NCBI RefSeq assembly: GCF_026571515.1
Contig: NW_026855476.1
Coordinates: forward strand, 372,001 to 436,000
Length of the DNA: 64,000 bases
DNA from: Ruditapes philippinarum
Lineage: Eukaryota
Reading direction: 5' to 3'
Position numbers and translations under genes: made by a program. The notes beneath the pieces were generated by a model. That model did not search any database. It worked only from the letters and a program-made list of their open reading frames with translations, and was not told where the DNA came from. Positions 38,002 to 51,000 of the stretch are shown here, piece by piece (the stretch's first letter is position 1; the number at the start of each line of letters is the position of its first letter).

Positions 38002-40494
38002 TTAAGCATAGGCTATAGATAGATATCATGACAACAACAGAAACTTTGATCTGCAGTTTGAACATGAAGTGTAATGTTTTTTATGAATGGTTGTAAAGCA
38101 ATTCAACAAAAAAAATATATATTGATCTCCCTAAAAATTAATTAACAATAGTTTTTTTTATATATTACCAATGCCAAATAGCTTTCATATCTTTGTCTCG
38201 CACGAATATGATATTAGTGAATTTCCTCATACCTACCTAAAATGCAGGTAACAGTCTTCTATTATATTGATAAATACTATATCACCATGTAACGCGTGTA
38301 TAACAAACAAAAAAATCCTGAATTTGGTCTTTTTGAAATTCATCCCATTTTTTCATTCCAGAGTGTGTTCTACTTTCAGTATTGAAAGAAACCATTTTTT
38401 TTAATTTGACATGAAAAATATGCATGTAATATTACTATATTATAATATTAGTCCCTTTTGTTACTATTTGTATATTTGTTAAAATTATAACAGACTTTGA
38501 TATTTCTATCATCTTCTGTTACTGACTACAGTAGACTAGTGACACAAACAGAACACAGTACAGTCATGTCACATAACATTTACAAGTCTTGTTTGTATTC
38601 AATGGAATTACTTTCCTTACCAGGTAGGCATCAGTGAAAGCATTTTTATATTAAAAATTTCCCCCTCTTTTTAATTATGGACAGTGCATAAGATAAGTAT
38701 AATTATGCAAAAAATGGTTTACAAAACATTCGGAAAAAATCTACAATAGTACCTAATCTGAATATAACATGACCTGTGCGTAGGAATAATTTGGTAAGGT
38801 ATCTGTAATGAGCACATTTTTTTGCGCGGAGCTTCTCAATTGCTGCATTGCAGCAACATTTGTACTTGTTATAGATATAATTAACAAAAGATAGTGATGA
38901 TTTGATTTTCAAACCGTATTGAAAGTAATAAATAAATGTCTGAAACCATTGCAATGAACATTGGCCTTAAAATATTGAGATTTTGAGTCAATCTCAGAAT
39001 GAATTAAGAATCAATTTGAAGACGAAATAAGAATGTAATATTTAACGACTGTAACTTATTAATTGGAGTCGGCCTAGTGAATTTTCGTATTCTTTGTTCT
39101 ATAGTAAATCAGTCACATTCGAGGTTTAATTCCCAATTCCACTGTTCTTGATGAATTATATACTGTCTTCAACTTTAAACATCAACACTATCTAAGTCAA
39201 ATGAGGCCCAAAATATAACATGTTAGCCATCTACTTTTTTCAGAAATCTTCATTCTGTTGTAACACTGTTTAAATTCACCACTTTGAAAACTCTTGACTG
39301 CTGGTGGGTTGTACATTTTTAATCCTTGCGCCAACAAATGAGTTCCTGGAGAACACACAAAAAACAACTTTTAAAGTCATCCTATAACACAAAAAAACTA
39401 CACACACATGCAATAAATACACTTTAATTAAGACCAATCAAACTAGAGAGAACTTAAACTAGGCTACTTTCTAATTCCGTACCGGGGTGAGACCTATTAA
39501 GACCATACATCAAAGCATTAGAGACAACACATATAATGTTAACAAGGCCTTCAATAAACATCAACATAACAATGGACATATTATAAGCAATCTTAATAAT
39601 GATAATGTACAGTACCCTTGCCGCCAAGTGAGAGTGTAATTCGGACAACGGCCTTAAGGATTACTAAAAACTACATTTCTCAACTATTTAATGGTATTCA
39701 TTAAACATGGGACGTTTTACAGGACTCTTTTTTTTGTAGTCACCAAAAACAAATCACCGAATTTCTTTAGGTTATAAATAAGCATAAAGTCTTTGTTTAG
39801 AAAATTTAAGATAAATGAAGCCATCGTCATATTTGTCAAGGTAAGCACAAGTGAACATTTAAATAACATAATAACATTTACATACCACCACCCCCCCCCC
39901 CAAAAAAAAAAAATCATCAACAAAAAATAAATAAATAAAAACAATTTCAACCAAAGAGAAGAGCAAAAAAAATCAACAACAACAAAAACAACAAAATACC
40001 AACAAACAAACGAAAACAGCAGCAACAACAACAGCACAACAATAGAATTCTGTAGGTACTTGAAGGCTAGTTCTGGATAAGCCACTTAGTATCAATTTTG
40101 TTATTCATGCGGTATTAAATACAATATACATGAGGTAAAATATTCCATTCTCTTCACTTTATTTCAATATGTATTGATGAGGTGTCTGATAAAGCTATTA
40201 TTACGTGTGCTTTTTATCAACAGAAATCAATGTAATGACATGATAAATAATGAGCATTTAACGTTACAAGCATTTATTGCCTCTCTACTAATACTTGACG
40301 TATATGAGACGATATTTTTTTGGTATTCTACAATTTCACAGCTGTGTGTTATAATTAAGTGTTATGTTTTTCCAGAAATTACTTAAATACGATTCCCAAT
40401 GTATTCGTATTTGATAGTCTTCTGGGGAAAAGATTTTTTTGTTTAATCTTAAAATACATGTATATCCATGTTTTCATACGTGTGTAATATAATA

Positions 40495-40905
40495 TAATAT
40501 AAGAATCTTTCACCGGCTGCCGGTACAGACCAGAATATCTAGCTCGAGGGTAACTGTTTACGGCGATAACGAGGCTCTGCCGAGTTTCCGTTAGACAGTT
40601 ACCCGAGAGCTAGATATTCCTGTCTGTACCGATAGCCGGTGTTTGATTCTTTTTCTTGCATATTACAAATTATGATATTACGAAAAGAAAATATTTTCAT
40701 TTAGCACATTTTTCTTATAGTAGCATTTACAACTTCATTCATAAGGGCACATTGACGTTCTCCTAAGAACGCAATTCATTCATAAAAGTCGCCTGGGAAT
40801 GACGTCATCAAAACAGGCGACTTGCTTTACATGGGGTGTAAGGCAAGTTTTTCTAGCACCGGTGTAAACAGTAGATCTATAATCCTATCTGATATGCAAG
40901 ACAAA
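40495..40905 (+). mobile_element. Crypton-like non-autonomous element with ~150-bp terminal hairpin, upstream of the C1q gene
   Basis: Hairpin 40501-40652 with loop CGAGGCTCTGCCGAG, then TCTTGCATAT, closed by its inverse ATATGCAAGA at ~40892-40901. Same architecture as 25370-25966 but unrelated arm sequence. Confidence 0.6.
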
Positions 40906-41140
40906 ATACGCAGACCACGCATCTTAGCTACGCCTTCGCCGGTGCATAGAACAAGCGCAAACGGATCTTGTTACAAACAGTCTATATTTATAAGTGACTT
41001 TTAAAGCCGACTTACTAAACCTAGTACAATTCATTTGAAATACTGTAGTCCTAATGGACAAAAAGTAATTACAAACACGAAAAGTGGTTATAGATTAAAA
41101 ATTCTTACTTTTTTCACTGTGTATTCATTAAAAAATTAAA

Positions 41141-44100
41141 ATGGTGAAGTTTAGCATCATAGTATGGATTTCTGTCGTAGCATTTCTAAATAACGGAAAT
41201 GTAAAACCAGTGGAAAGTGAGGATTCTAATGCAAAAGCCGATGAAAAATACGAAAACGTGCTTCAAGAACTGAAAGCTATCAAACGTGAAGTTGAAAACT
41301 ATAGAAAGACTTCAACCCGACTTTTACAAGAAAACAAAATTATGAAAAATGAACTTGATAAACTTCACGTAAACGATCAGATTCAAGCGAAAATGATTGC
41401 AAACAAGAGGCTTAAGCGATCAAAAAGAGGTAAGTGTTCTTTCTGTTCATTTTTTTAAACAAAATGTCTTAATGGATCAGAAATTCCAAAAATGGTTTAC
41501 AAAATATAGCGCACCAACTTACACGAGAAAATAAATCTTGCTTATCTTATTTGTGGCATACTTACCGATACGCATGGGCGTATAAGAAGAACAGAATTTC
41601 AAAACAATAAAATTTCAAAATAAAATGTAAAATCGAGAATTTGAGAGTAGATCGATCAACAGTTGCGTATGTGCAAATTGATTTTGTCAGTATGCTTATA
41701 GGATGTTACCTAATTCGAATACATGTTACTTATTTTGATAATGTGTATACACAATCAATCAAAGGTTATGAGAGAAAGGAGTTAGCACATTGCTGATTCT
41801 TGCATATTAACGCGAAGCCATTTTAAGAAACATTCGTTCATCTTATATTCAATAATAGTTTGCTCCCTATGAATCAAATGTTTGCAACGAACCATTTTCC
41901 ATATCGATTGTCACAAACCGGACTCAACTTTTGTTGTTATCAACATTTTTCTATTTAAAAAAAAGAGTATGCTTACAAAATATATCACTATAGAAAGTTA
42001 ATTCTATATTGTCTTATTTTGTTGAGTATAGAAATAAATTGCATATTTCTGCAAACAATGCCATTTATTATACGCAGTCTCATCTAAAAACATAAGGAGA
42101 ACAATGTATATTCTTATAATTAATAGCCATATAAGAAACGTCATGTATTTTTATATTAACATGCTTTTATGTGCGTTAGACATTTAACTATGTAATGGGA
42201 TAACTTAAATATTAAAAAAGTTGAGTTGAGACAAAAAATATGTTAAAGACAATAATCATTATTCTGTAACATTGATATAATACGCACTTAAAATATTTTT
42301 AAGGGATCTAAATGATCGTGTGGTACTAAATTTCAGTTGTGTGAATGCTAGCATACTAAAACTTTTAAGCTGTTGTGCTTGTGTTATCTTCATACAAATC
42401 ATTTTAAAGCGATAATTTCCTTGATTATATCTCAAGTTAAGTTATGATGCAACAAAAGAAAAAACAAACAAAGAAAAAATGTTAACAAAGGAAATAAAAC
42501 CCATCTTGATTACAATAGAAACACCTGGCTATGTTCTAGTTTTCCTACAGTAAATACATGTTGAACTATTTAAAACAGTGTAAACGTTCGACTTCATGCA
42601 ATATCTTACATTAAACACTTGCATGAGTTTATTTTTATGACAATAATATAAGCATTTATATAAACATAATAATAATTTTAAACAACATAATAATTTAATT
42701 ACAAATAAATGATATCGCTTAGATATCTCCTAAATCCCTAGTTACATCGACCCTTCGGACCAAAGACATGACCTCGGCGTATACTCATAACGGCGTATAA
42801 CAAGCTGAGGTACTCGGCCTTAAAAGATATATTTTTTCATAATAATTAAAATATGTTGTAATAAAAACATTAACATATAAAAAGTGAAGTCAGAAAATTC
42901 AGAAATACGTTCGTGACAGTAACGCATCAAAGACGCTGATTACACAAGTTACATTTAATGTTGAGAGAATTAATTTCATAACAAATACAAATTCAATTTA
43001 ATGTTAAATGTTAGAAATGAAAAATTATATCATGACACGCGTAACTAGAATGTTAGAAATTTTACATTATCTAAAATAGAGGCTGGTTTGGTTTTGAGAA
43101 TCTACATTACCCGTTTGTTCAAAATCAAGTTATTAGAATTGATTTTTCCTTAAACAGTAATGTAGAGGCGGTATTGAAAATGCCATGGTTCGCGAAAATA
43201 AAACATTAGGTTACAGAAATACGGTGACTTAGCATAAAAGTTGTCTGATGATCAAGTATTTTTCAAACTATTATTTATACCTAAGATTTTTATTCTATAA
43301 ATGTATTACATACATTTTAAATCAATAAATTCAATTATTTTTCGGGTCGTACAGATAAATAATTTTTATTTATGCGTGCCATTATTGTATATGTTATTCA
43401 AGGTATTTTACATTAACTAAACCAAAACTTCAAATGTACTTGATCGGTCACAAGCACAAAAATCATCATGTCAAGTTTTTCAACTTTTCATTGCACTTTC
43501 AACAAATTTATAGCCCTTTTTGACTAAGAAAATGATCTTAGATTTAAACTTGAACAGAATCTTGAAACTTTAGATATCTAGGCAGGGTCACAAGGAGGAT
43601 AATCAGGTCAAGGTATTTTAACAAAGTTATGCACCTTACTAATTACTTTAATTCACATGTGAAAGCAAATACTTAAAACGTTTACGAATAATTACATGCA
43701 AACTCAAAATCCAAAGTTCTTTAACTCTTCACCACATGTTGACAAAGGTTTTCCCTCTTTTAGTTAAAAAGTGTTCTGAAATTTAATTTGCATTTAATTC
43801 AATACTTTAGTGTCTCATGAACCAGAACAGATATTTACTTATAATTCTAAGCAAGCTTATCCGAACTTTTTTGTTGCTTTTTAATAAATGTGTCCCCTTT
43901 TTACTTTGAAAATATTCTGACATTTATAATTATTTTAATACGAGACCCAAACAGGTCAATTTCACTTAATTATTTTTGCTGTTTCAATCTTTTTTGGGAT
44001 GAAATAAAATCGATATGATGACCTGACCTGTGTAATGTTGTCATTCTTTTTACCAAAGACAATTTCTTTTTATATGTTTTCTTTTGTTTTTTCCTGAAAA

Positions 44101-45648
44101 ATTTATTCCCCTCTCCACATATCCAATTTAGCTTCTATCGTAGATGTTGGGTGCAGGATTGAATTCGGTGATAGCTCTAGCTGTGTTTGTCTCCTTATGT
44201 AATTAAATCTTTAAACGCAGTGATGTTTACCAGATACCACACACTTATCATGTCTAAAAAGAAAGCCTTATTGGCTCGATTTATTATCGATTATGAATAC
44301 AGTTAAAGGTGCCACTAAAGTGTAATACATTGATAGGACATATCATTATTATACATCCTAGACACAAGTGAATTCACCTCCCACTTTTTGTGTCATCCTG
44401 GATAATATGCGTACATGTTCTGGTACATCTTTCATTTTATTAATATCTTGTATCTTATTTGATAAACGTATTTATCTTTTATAAAAAGTCTTTCAAAATG
44501 ATTATTATTTTATGGTGATTTAGTTTGTCTTCTTATCACTAAGGTTTTATCTTAATTAGTTTTTTATTATTCTTTTTATTTGTTGTTGTTTCACCCATGG
44601 CAATAATCATGTGATATTGTTACTCGTTTTGTACCATGTAATGTTTATATAATGAAATAAATCATTATTATAAGTACATTATATAAATATGTGCTTCTTT
44701 CGAGCCTGAATATATTAATAAAATTTATTCTGATAGCATGACATTTGATGCTTAACCTTGATGCTTTGATTACTAAATTAAAATGCATCAACACCTGAAT
44801 TTGATGCACATGCTATTTATTTTGAAAATATCAAGGCTTTGTTTCTGATACATCCTTGTTCCCCGATTTTGCTTTACACTTAATACCCCGTTCCGTTATG
44901 AAACAAGTTCCCCAGTTCGTTCACTGTTTATAGTTTATTAAAACAGTACACACTTGATCCTCGATTTGCTCTTAAACTAAATCCCTCGTATCGTTGTTTC
45001 GTAGTATTCGGCCGATTGTTTCAAAAAGGCCTCATTGTTGATAATCAAGATAAGATGTTAGATACCCATTGTATTGGAAAAAATGAACTATTGTGTTTCC
45101 AGATCTTGATGTTAACTTTTGGAATGTTTTGGTAAATATAAAAAGACAGTGCAAAAGGAAAAAATAAATATTTAAATATATTTCTTGTTTTAGATGAATC
45201 AACCTGCGCTTTTGGTCAAAATCAATCTCCGGTTGCATTCACTGCCTATTTGGACCATCACAAGACCAATCTTGGTGTCGACCAGGCGATTGTCTACAAC
45301 AAAGTTCTTCTGAATAAGGGCGCGGCGTATAATGTATACAACGGTATGTTTACAGCTCCAAAATCTGGTATTTACATATTTTCATGGTCTAGTGCTGCTA
45401 GACAAACCGGGGCAATATTTGATATTTGGATAAACCTAGTTGTCAACGCATCAACACAGACAACAGCTGTTGCTGAAAGCCGACTAAGGGGCCATGATCA
45501 TCAAGGTAGCAGTACTGTCATCATTCATGTTAACAAGGGTGACGTTGTATGGACAAAACGACTATCCAGCGGCGGTGCGGAGATTCATTCCGAGCCTGAA
45601 AGACGGGTTAGCAGTTTTACAGGGGCTTTGCTCTTTGCAGAAGATTAA
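41141..45648 (+). CDS. Secreted C1q domain-containing protein (signal peptide, coiled coil, globular C1q), 2 exons, 247 aa
   Basis: Exon 1 41141-41429 (MVKFSIIVWISVVAFL signal peptide; heptads YENVLQELKAIKREVENY...; ends KRLKRSKR), phase-1 GT-AG intron, exon 2 45194-45648 with gC1q motifs PVAFTAYL, IVYNKVLLNKGAAYN, GMFTAPKSGIYIFSW, KGDVVW, SSFTGALL. AATAAA at ~45805. Confidence 0.92.
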
Positions 45649-47092
45649 CTAAGAAATTGGTAAACGTACGATTACCATCCTACTGTTGTTTGCATAACCA
45701 TATGCACATTGAGTTATTTTTTTTATTAGCTTTCAATGGAGACAAGAACGATCTTTCTAATGGACAGACATTTTTGGTTTCTCTGTAAAAATATTTGTCA
45801 GTCAAATAAAACAACAATAATTATCAATAGATCGATAAATTTATTCAAGCATGTATAATATTTTACGGAAAATATAAGTACAAAAACAACAGTTATTTTC
45901 AATGCAGCAGTTAAATTATTTGGTATTTTATAAAACATACTTATAAGAATAACATACATATGTACAAATTTGTTACAACTAATGGTATAGTGGTTCTAAT
46001 ATCTACACATAAAAGGGAAGTATAGTGCGCTGTAGGAGCACTGACGTCGACAAAAACAATTTGTTAAACAAACATATTTCAACATATACAACCTTTTAAT
46101 TCATTCTTAACAGTTGTCAATCAAAATAGGCAAACAAATATCATGCATTATTTCGTCCCCAATTTCTTTTGCAAGAGGTAGTCTGGGACTTGCAGTAAGC
46201 TCATTTTATTATAAGTCGAACTTTTGTAATTCATACATTCACTGTGTTTTAAGTTATACATTCTTTTATCAAACGTTCATGGAAGCGTAACATCGTTCTA
46301 TACGGGCTTGCCAATTATCGCACATCTGGACTTTTGTCTTAATACTAAGCCTAGCATTTTAACTTATTTAAACCTGTAATATCAGATGATATAATTAAAT
46401 TCACATGTTGGGACTAGGTATTCCGAACTGTATCTGTATCATACCATATCATATCTACATATTATCAAGAACTACGAATCTTTAATGACTATCTATTGAA
46501 TTGAACACAATCGAACTTAAATCATTTATTATAGTTGTAATATTGATTGGGCATAGCATTTTTTTCTTTCATTTAAAATAAACTTTTAGAAAGTTTTAGA
46601 ATTTAAATGTAATGGTATAGTTTTTGCCTAGTACAAAAATATGTTGTTCATTTTCAAAATATTATCTTGAATGACATGAAATGTGCGTGATGTTTACGCA
46701 TTTACATTTATACATTACACATTGTACATCGTTTTCCATTCACACAAAACTTATTGTCCTTCAAACGTGTTTTATGTGCGTACAATATACCTCAAAATGT
46801 CATGAAAGAAATGTCGCCAACATCTTGAAAGTTTAGGATACAATCCTGTTAAACATGGAAGAGATGTTTTTGTCTTACAACATGACCGAGATGTTCTTGT
46901 CTTAAAAAAGAACAAACTGCATAAAGATGAATAATTAAAAATCCGATGGCTTGGTCATGTTGATGAAATGACCTTGAACATTTATAATAATATACAGTAT
47001 GGTATTATGTGCACACATATTGATGCAATCTTTATAGTGATGTCTTTAAAAAAATCTGAGCATGTTAAGCATTTCCACACTTCAGAAAACAA

Positions 47093-47306
47093 GTTTGTTT
47101 CTTTGTTTCATTTTACGCCTTTTCCCCAACAGTATTTCAGTAATATAGGCGGGTAGTTTCCTAACCATCGTTCCTGGAGAGTTACACCAGTACTAGTCAA
47201 CCTTCCTCCGCGCTAAACTACCAAAGCATCTCCCGGGGATCGAACCCACGCCAGAGAGGTAACTGGATTAGAAGTCATCGACTCTAACCCTAACCACGGA
47301 GGCAGT
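47093..47306 (-). mobile_element. tRNA-derived SINE, same family as 17502-17720
   Basis: Near-identical body; TSD AGAAAA(C/T)AAG on both sides; probably lies in the 3' UTR of the ITPR-like gene. Confidence 0.85.
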
Positions 47307-48080
47307 CTAGAAAATAAGATTTAAAAGCCAAATTATATTCAGAATAAACGTTAAGTATGTGAATGGTTGTTAGTCCCTTGCCTATGTTTAATGATATATA
47401 ATGACCTGTACATATTGGGCTAGTTTCTTGCAGCGTAGAGCAATGACACAAGAAACTTATTGATATTAAGTAATATAACAAAAAAGACAAAATGCAATGC
47501 CAATTGCTAATATTGCAAGTCGTATATAGGAACGCGGTTAAAATATTTTTATTAAAAATTACAACAACAATCATTGTGGTCGGTTTGTATAAATATTTCC
47601 AGTGCGTATACTGTAGCTGGAAGACTATTCGATAAAACAAATAAAAACTTAACAACATTAACTATATGCAACAACAAATCAATTCACATCTCATATATAT
47701 TACAACGATTCGCGATTACATTGTAGAAGTATTTTCACCATTACTTTGGTTCATAACTGTCACAACATAAAACTTTAGCCACCATTTCAAATGGTTCTAT
47801 GTTAATTTACTTAAAACTTTGTAGAACGACTAGTAAAACCATGTAAAGGCTTGTCTTCGATTAATTGTAGAAAGTATTTTGCAGGAAACACACATGTAAC
47901 CAGACCGTTTAAACATGTCAAATCATTTGTTATGGTAGCCCAAGGACATGTAGTTCTGTTCTCTAATTGCAACCGGACTCGAACTGGTGAATGAAATAAA
48001 AGTAAATTTGAATCCACTGCTTTTATAATCTAATTTTTGCACGTACAACATTGAGCGATTAATCTGAATGATTTTTGAAA

Positions 48081-51000
48081 CTATAAATGAGTAGTTTCTT
48101 CATCGCTGTCATGATGCGGCACCAGGTGGCGTTCTTCGGTCTCTTCCGGTGGTGGAGGCGGAAGCTCATCTTCTTCGTCTGCTGCAGCACGTGGAATCGG
48201 AACAGCAACCACAGCTTCTTCCGGTATAGAGTCTATTCTATCCCGCGATGTCTCTCGCGATTTTAAAAGATCATAAGATTCAACAGGACCTGTACTTCCG
48301 GCTGAATCTGTATCGGATTCTTCGTCAGATTCCGAGATTATATGAGATTTTGAAGAGGCACGTGATGCCCTTGAAGATTTATCGTCCGGTAAGCCTTCTA
48401 GAATTTGTAACAATGATAAAGAACCCCTCTTTTCCTTATAATATTCAGAATCGTCAGAAACAGACATCATATTACCAGTTTCTGGTTGACGTGCGTTAAA
48501 CACACCGTCATTACTAGAATTAGATGGTGGCACTAATGGTTCTCGGTCACCCAGTTCGTTTTCATCAGCGCTATGGTGGATTCCAAATATAAATCGTCTG
48601 TGCTTTTCCTGCCAACGCTTTTGTTTCAATTTTTCAACTTTGCGTTTCTTTTCTGCTTCCTGGAAAATGCGCATTAAAAGGGTGAATATTTAATCAGGTA
48701 AGTTTAACATAAACAAGAAATCAGATGTTTAGAAAGACTGGTTCCTCAATATAACTCATAGAAATGTCCAGACTACCAATAATATATATATATTGAAAGT
48801 ACTAACACATTTTTCCCTTATATATTTAAAACAATAAGGATTTATTCCTTCATTCATTATACTTAAGAAACCGCATGCATATCTTTAAAATATCGAAATC
48901 AAATTTTAACTTACATCTTCACGTTGCTTCTGTGCAATTGAAGTCACCTGATGTAAAAGGTCATCTATTTTTGACTCAGTAGAATCAATGTCAATTGACG
49001 ACAAACAAAGGGCACGATTCATCGGAAAGAAGTCATAGTTTTCTTGCTCAAGCTAAAAATAATAAGAGATAATAATAAATATTAGCAAACTTCGACATAT
49101 AAAACTCGTTTCCTTAATATGACAACAACTGCGTGTTTTATATTACTATCAAAAAATCAAATTATGCAGCGTTTGATAACTCTATCGACCCATAACTCAA
49201 TATTCTAGCTCACCTATCTAGATGAGTTCAACGGAAAGAAAAATGTTTAATTTAAATATATTGACCAACTTAAATTTATCATTAAAACTTTATGGCACAA
49301 GCCTCTATTACCTGGCCGATTTAATTGTTTAGATACTGAAATCCCCAAAAAACTCAACTTAGAGTTCCCAATTCAAATCAGGTAAAGTCCATGAAATAAA
49401 GTCAGCCAGAAGAGGGTCAAAAACTGAATAGATCGGATAGACTACTCACCAGTTTGCTAACAAAGAGCTCTATTGCAGTATAATCGCTGGTTTTCATGTC
49501 ATTGAGGTGTATAAAGAAGAAGACATAAGACCACATGTTGTGCTCATTTCTCACATGGAAGTCAAATCCCTACAAGGAAATAAAAACATGGCACATAAAA
49601 CATGGCACATAAAAGCGTTTTTACATGAAATGGAGTTATGCTATGTCCAATGTATTCTATAATATTCTTTAAAAATGTACAGAGAAACCTATATGCCAAG
49701 TGTAAGAAATCTCGAACGAAACATTGAACAAATGATTTAATCTCATAATGTTAGAACGTTTCTTAAAGCATTGTCGTCACTATGTGCAAGTAATTATATG
49801 AACATTAATATTGCAATTAAATTACCTTTCCGTGATGTTCAAAGTCATAGCTGTTTCTGCTACAAATAAAGCACGTGTCTTTCATATCTGACTCAGCTCG
49901 CCACTAGAATAGAAAATAAAAATATTCAACATTATTATAGTTTGTATCCTTTTAAAACAACAACAACAAAACAAAGTCGTTTCTACATTTCAAATAAGAC
50001 CTTTACTTATGTCTGATTAAAACTACACTTCAATTTAAGACAGGAAAGCATTATGTGAAGAATGTAAAACAGACTTAAAAGACTTTGCCAATAAGTTTGT
50101 ATTTAAGTGTGCTCCATACGCCAGGGGCACATCACGATCAGTGTCTACAATATTTAAAGTTAGAATATAGTGCGTACACTTAAACCCTAAACCTGTTGTA
50201 ACTGAAAGGAATACGTCTTCGTCATTATTATAGAGCTAGTCCAGTCTGTAAATTCATACAGAGTTACCAGGCTCTTTACTTGTAACTCAATATTTGTATT
50301 TTGGTTATGAAGTCACCCTAGTTACAAATTCAAAGCAGGCTAATTAATTACAAAAATTCGACAGGTCCAGACTTTAGCTGCGATACACTGCCCAACATTT
50401 CAAAAGTAAGATTCGGATTAGACAAAATTACCTTCAAGTCTCTGAGTTCGGAGAAGGTATCTACTATAATACCAAAGATGATGTTCAAGCCAATGGTAGT
50501 GATGAATATGAAGAAAGACACATGATATAACACTATAGGCCAGAATGTTGCAAATGTTCGCTCCGATTCTCCTTGTTTCACTTGCTGTAATGTAAAACAA
50601 CAATAGATTACTGAATGACATTTATCTGTAAATCTAATACAATACTCGACACTTTCATGTATTGAATAGAACATGAATTTACTAACCTCTAAACATTACT
50701 TGTTAAAAATGAACCTGATAATTAAGAAATATTTTATATTGTATATTAGCATTTACTAATGCAGAAGAAAAATAAACAAGTTGATTTGAAGCTTAACAAA
50801 TTGAATAATTTGTGCCTTATTTATATCTTTGAAACATTGCCTCTATCAACGAAATGTTTCTGCAATTTATTGTTCATATTCATTTGGAAATCAAAGTAAA
50901 TCAATATAGTAAATTTACCGATACGAGACACACACAAGCGTCACAAAAATACAAAACAGGTATATAATGACTATTAAAAGTATATATGAGCCGCGTCACG

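Larger units (their letters stand above)
36551..38870 (-). mobile_element. HINE-type element immediately upstream of GOT2 exon 1
   Basis: On the minus strand: AACAAG start (38870), hairpin TTGCTGCA-A-TGCAGCAA, subterminal AGCTCCGCGC; matching 3' palindrome GCTCCGCGCC-CACA-GGCGCGGAGC at 36554-36577. Confidence 0.7.

Noticed and set aside
39717-40085. Hydrophobic 122-aa ORF
   Set aside because: Product of low-complexity A/C-rich sequence; no domain or splice support.
44835-45032. Possible small TIR element before C1q exon 2
   Set aside because: The ends match only loosely and there is no TSD.
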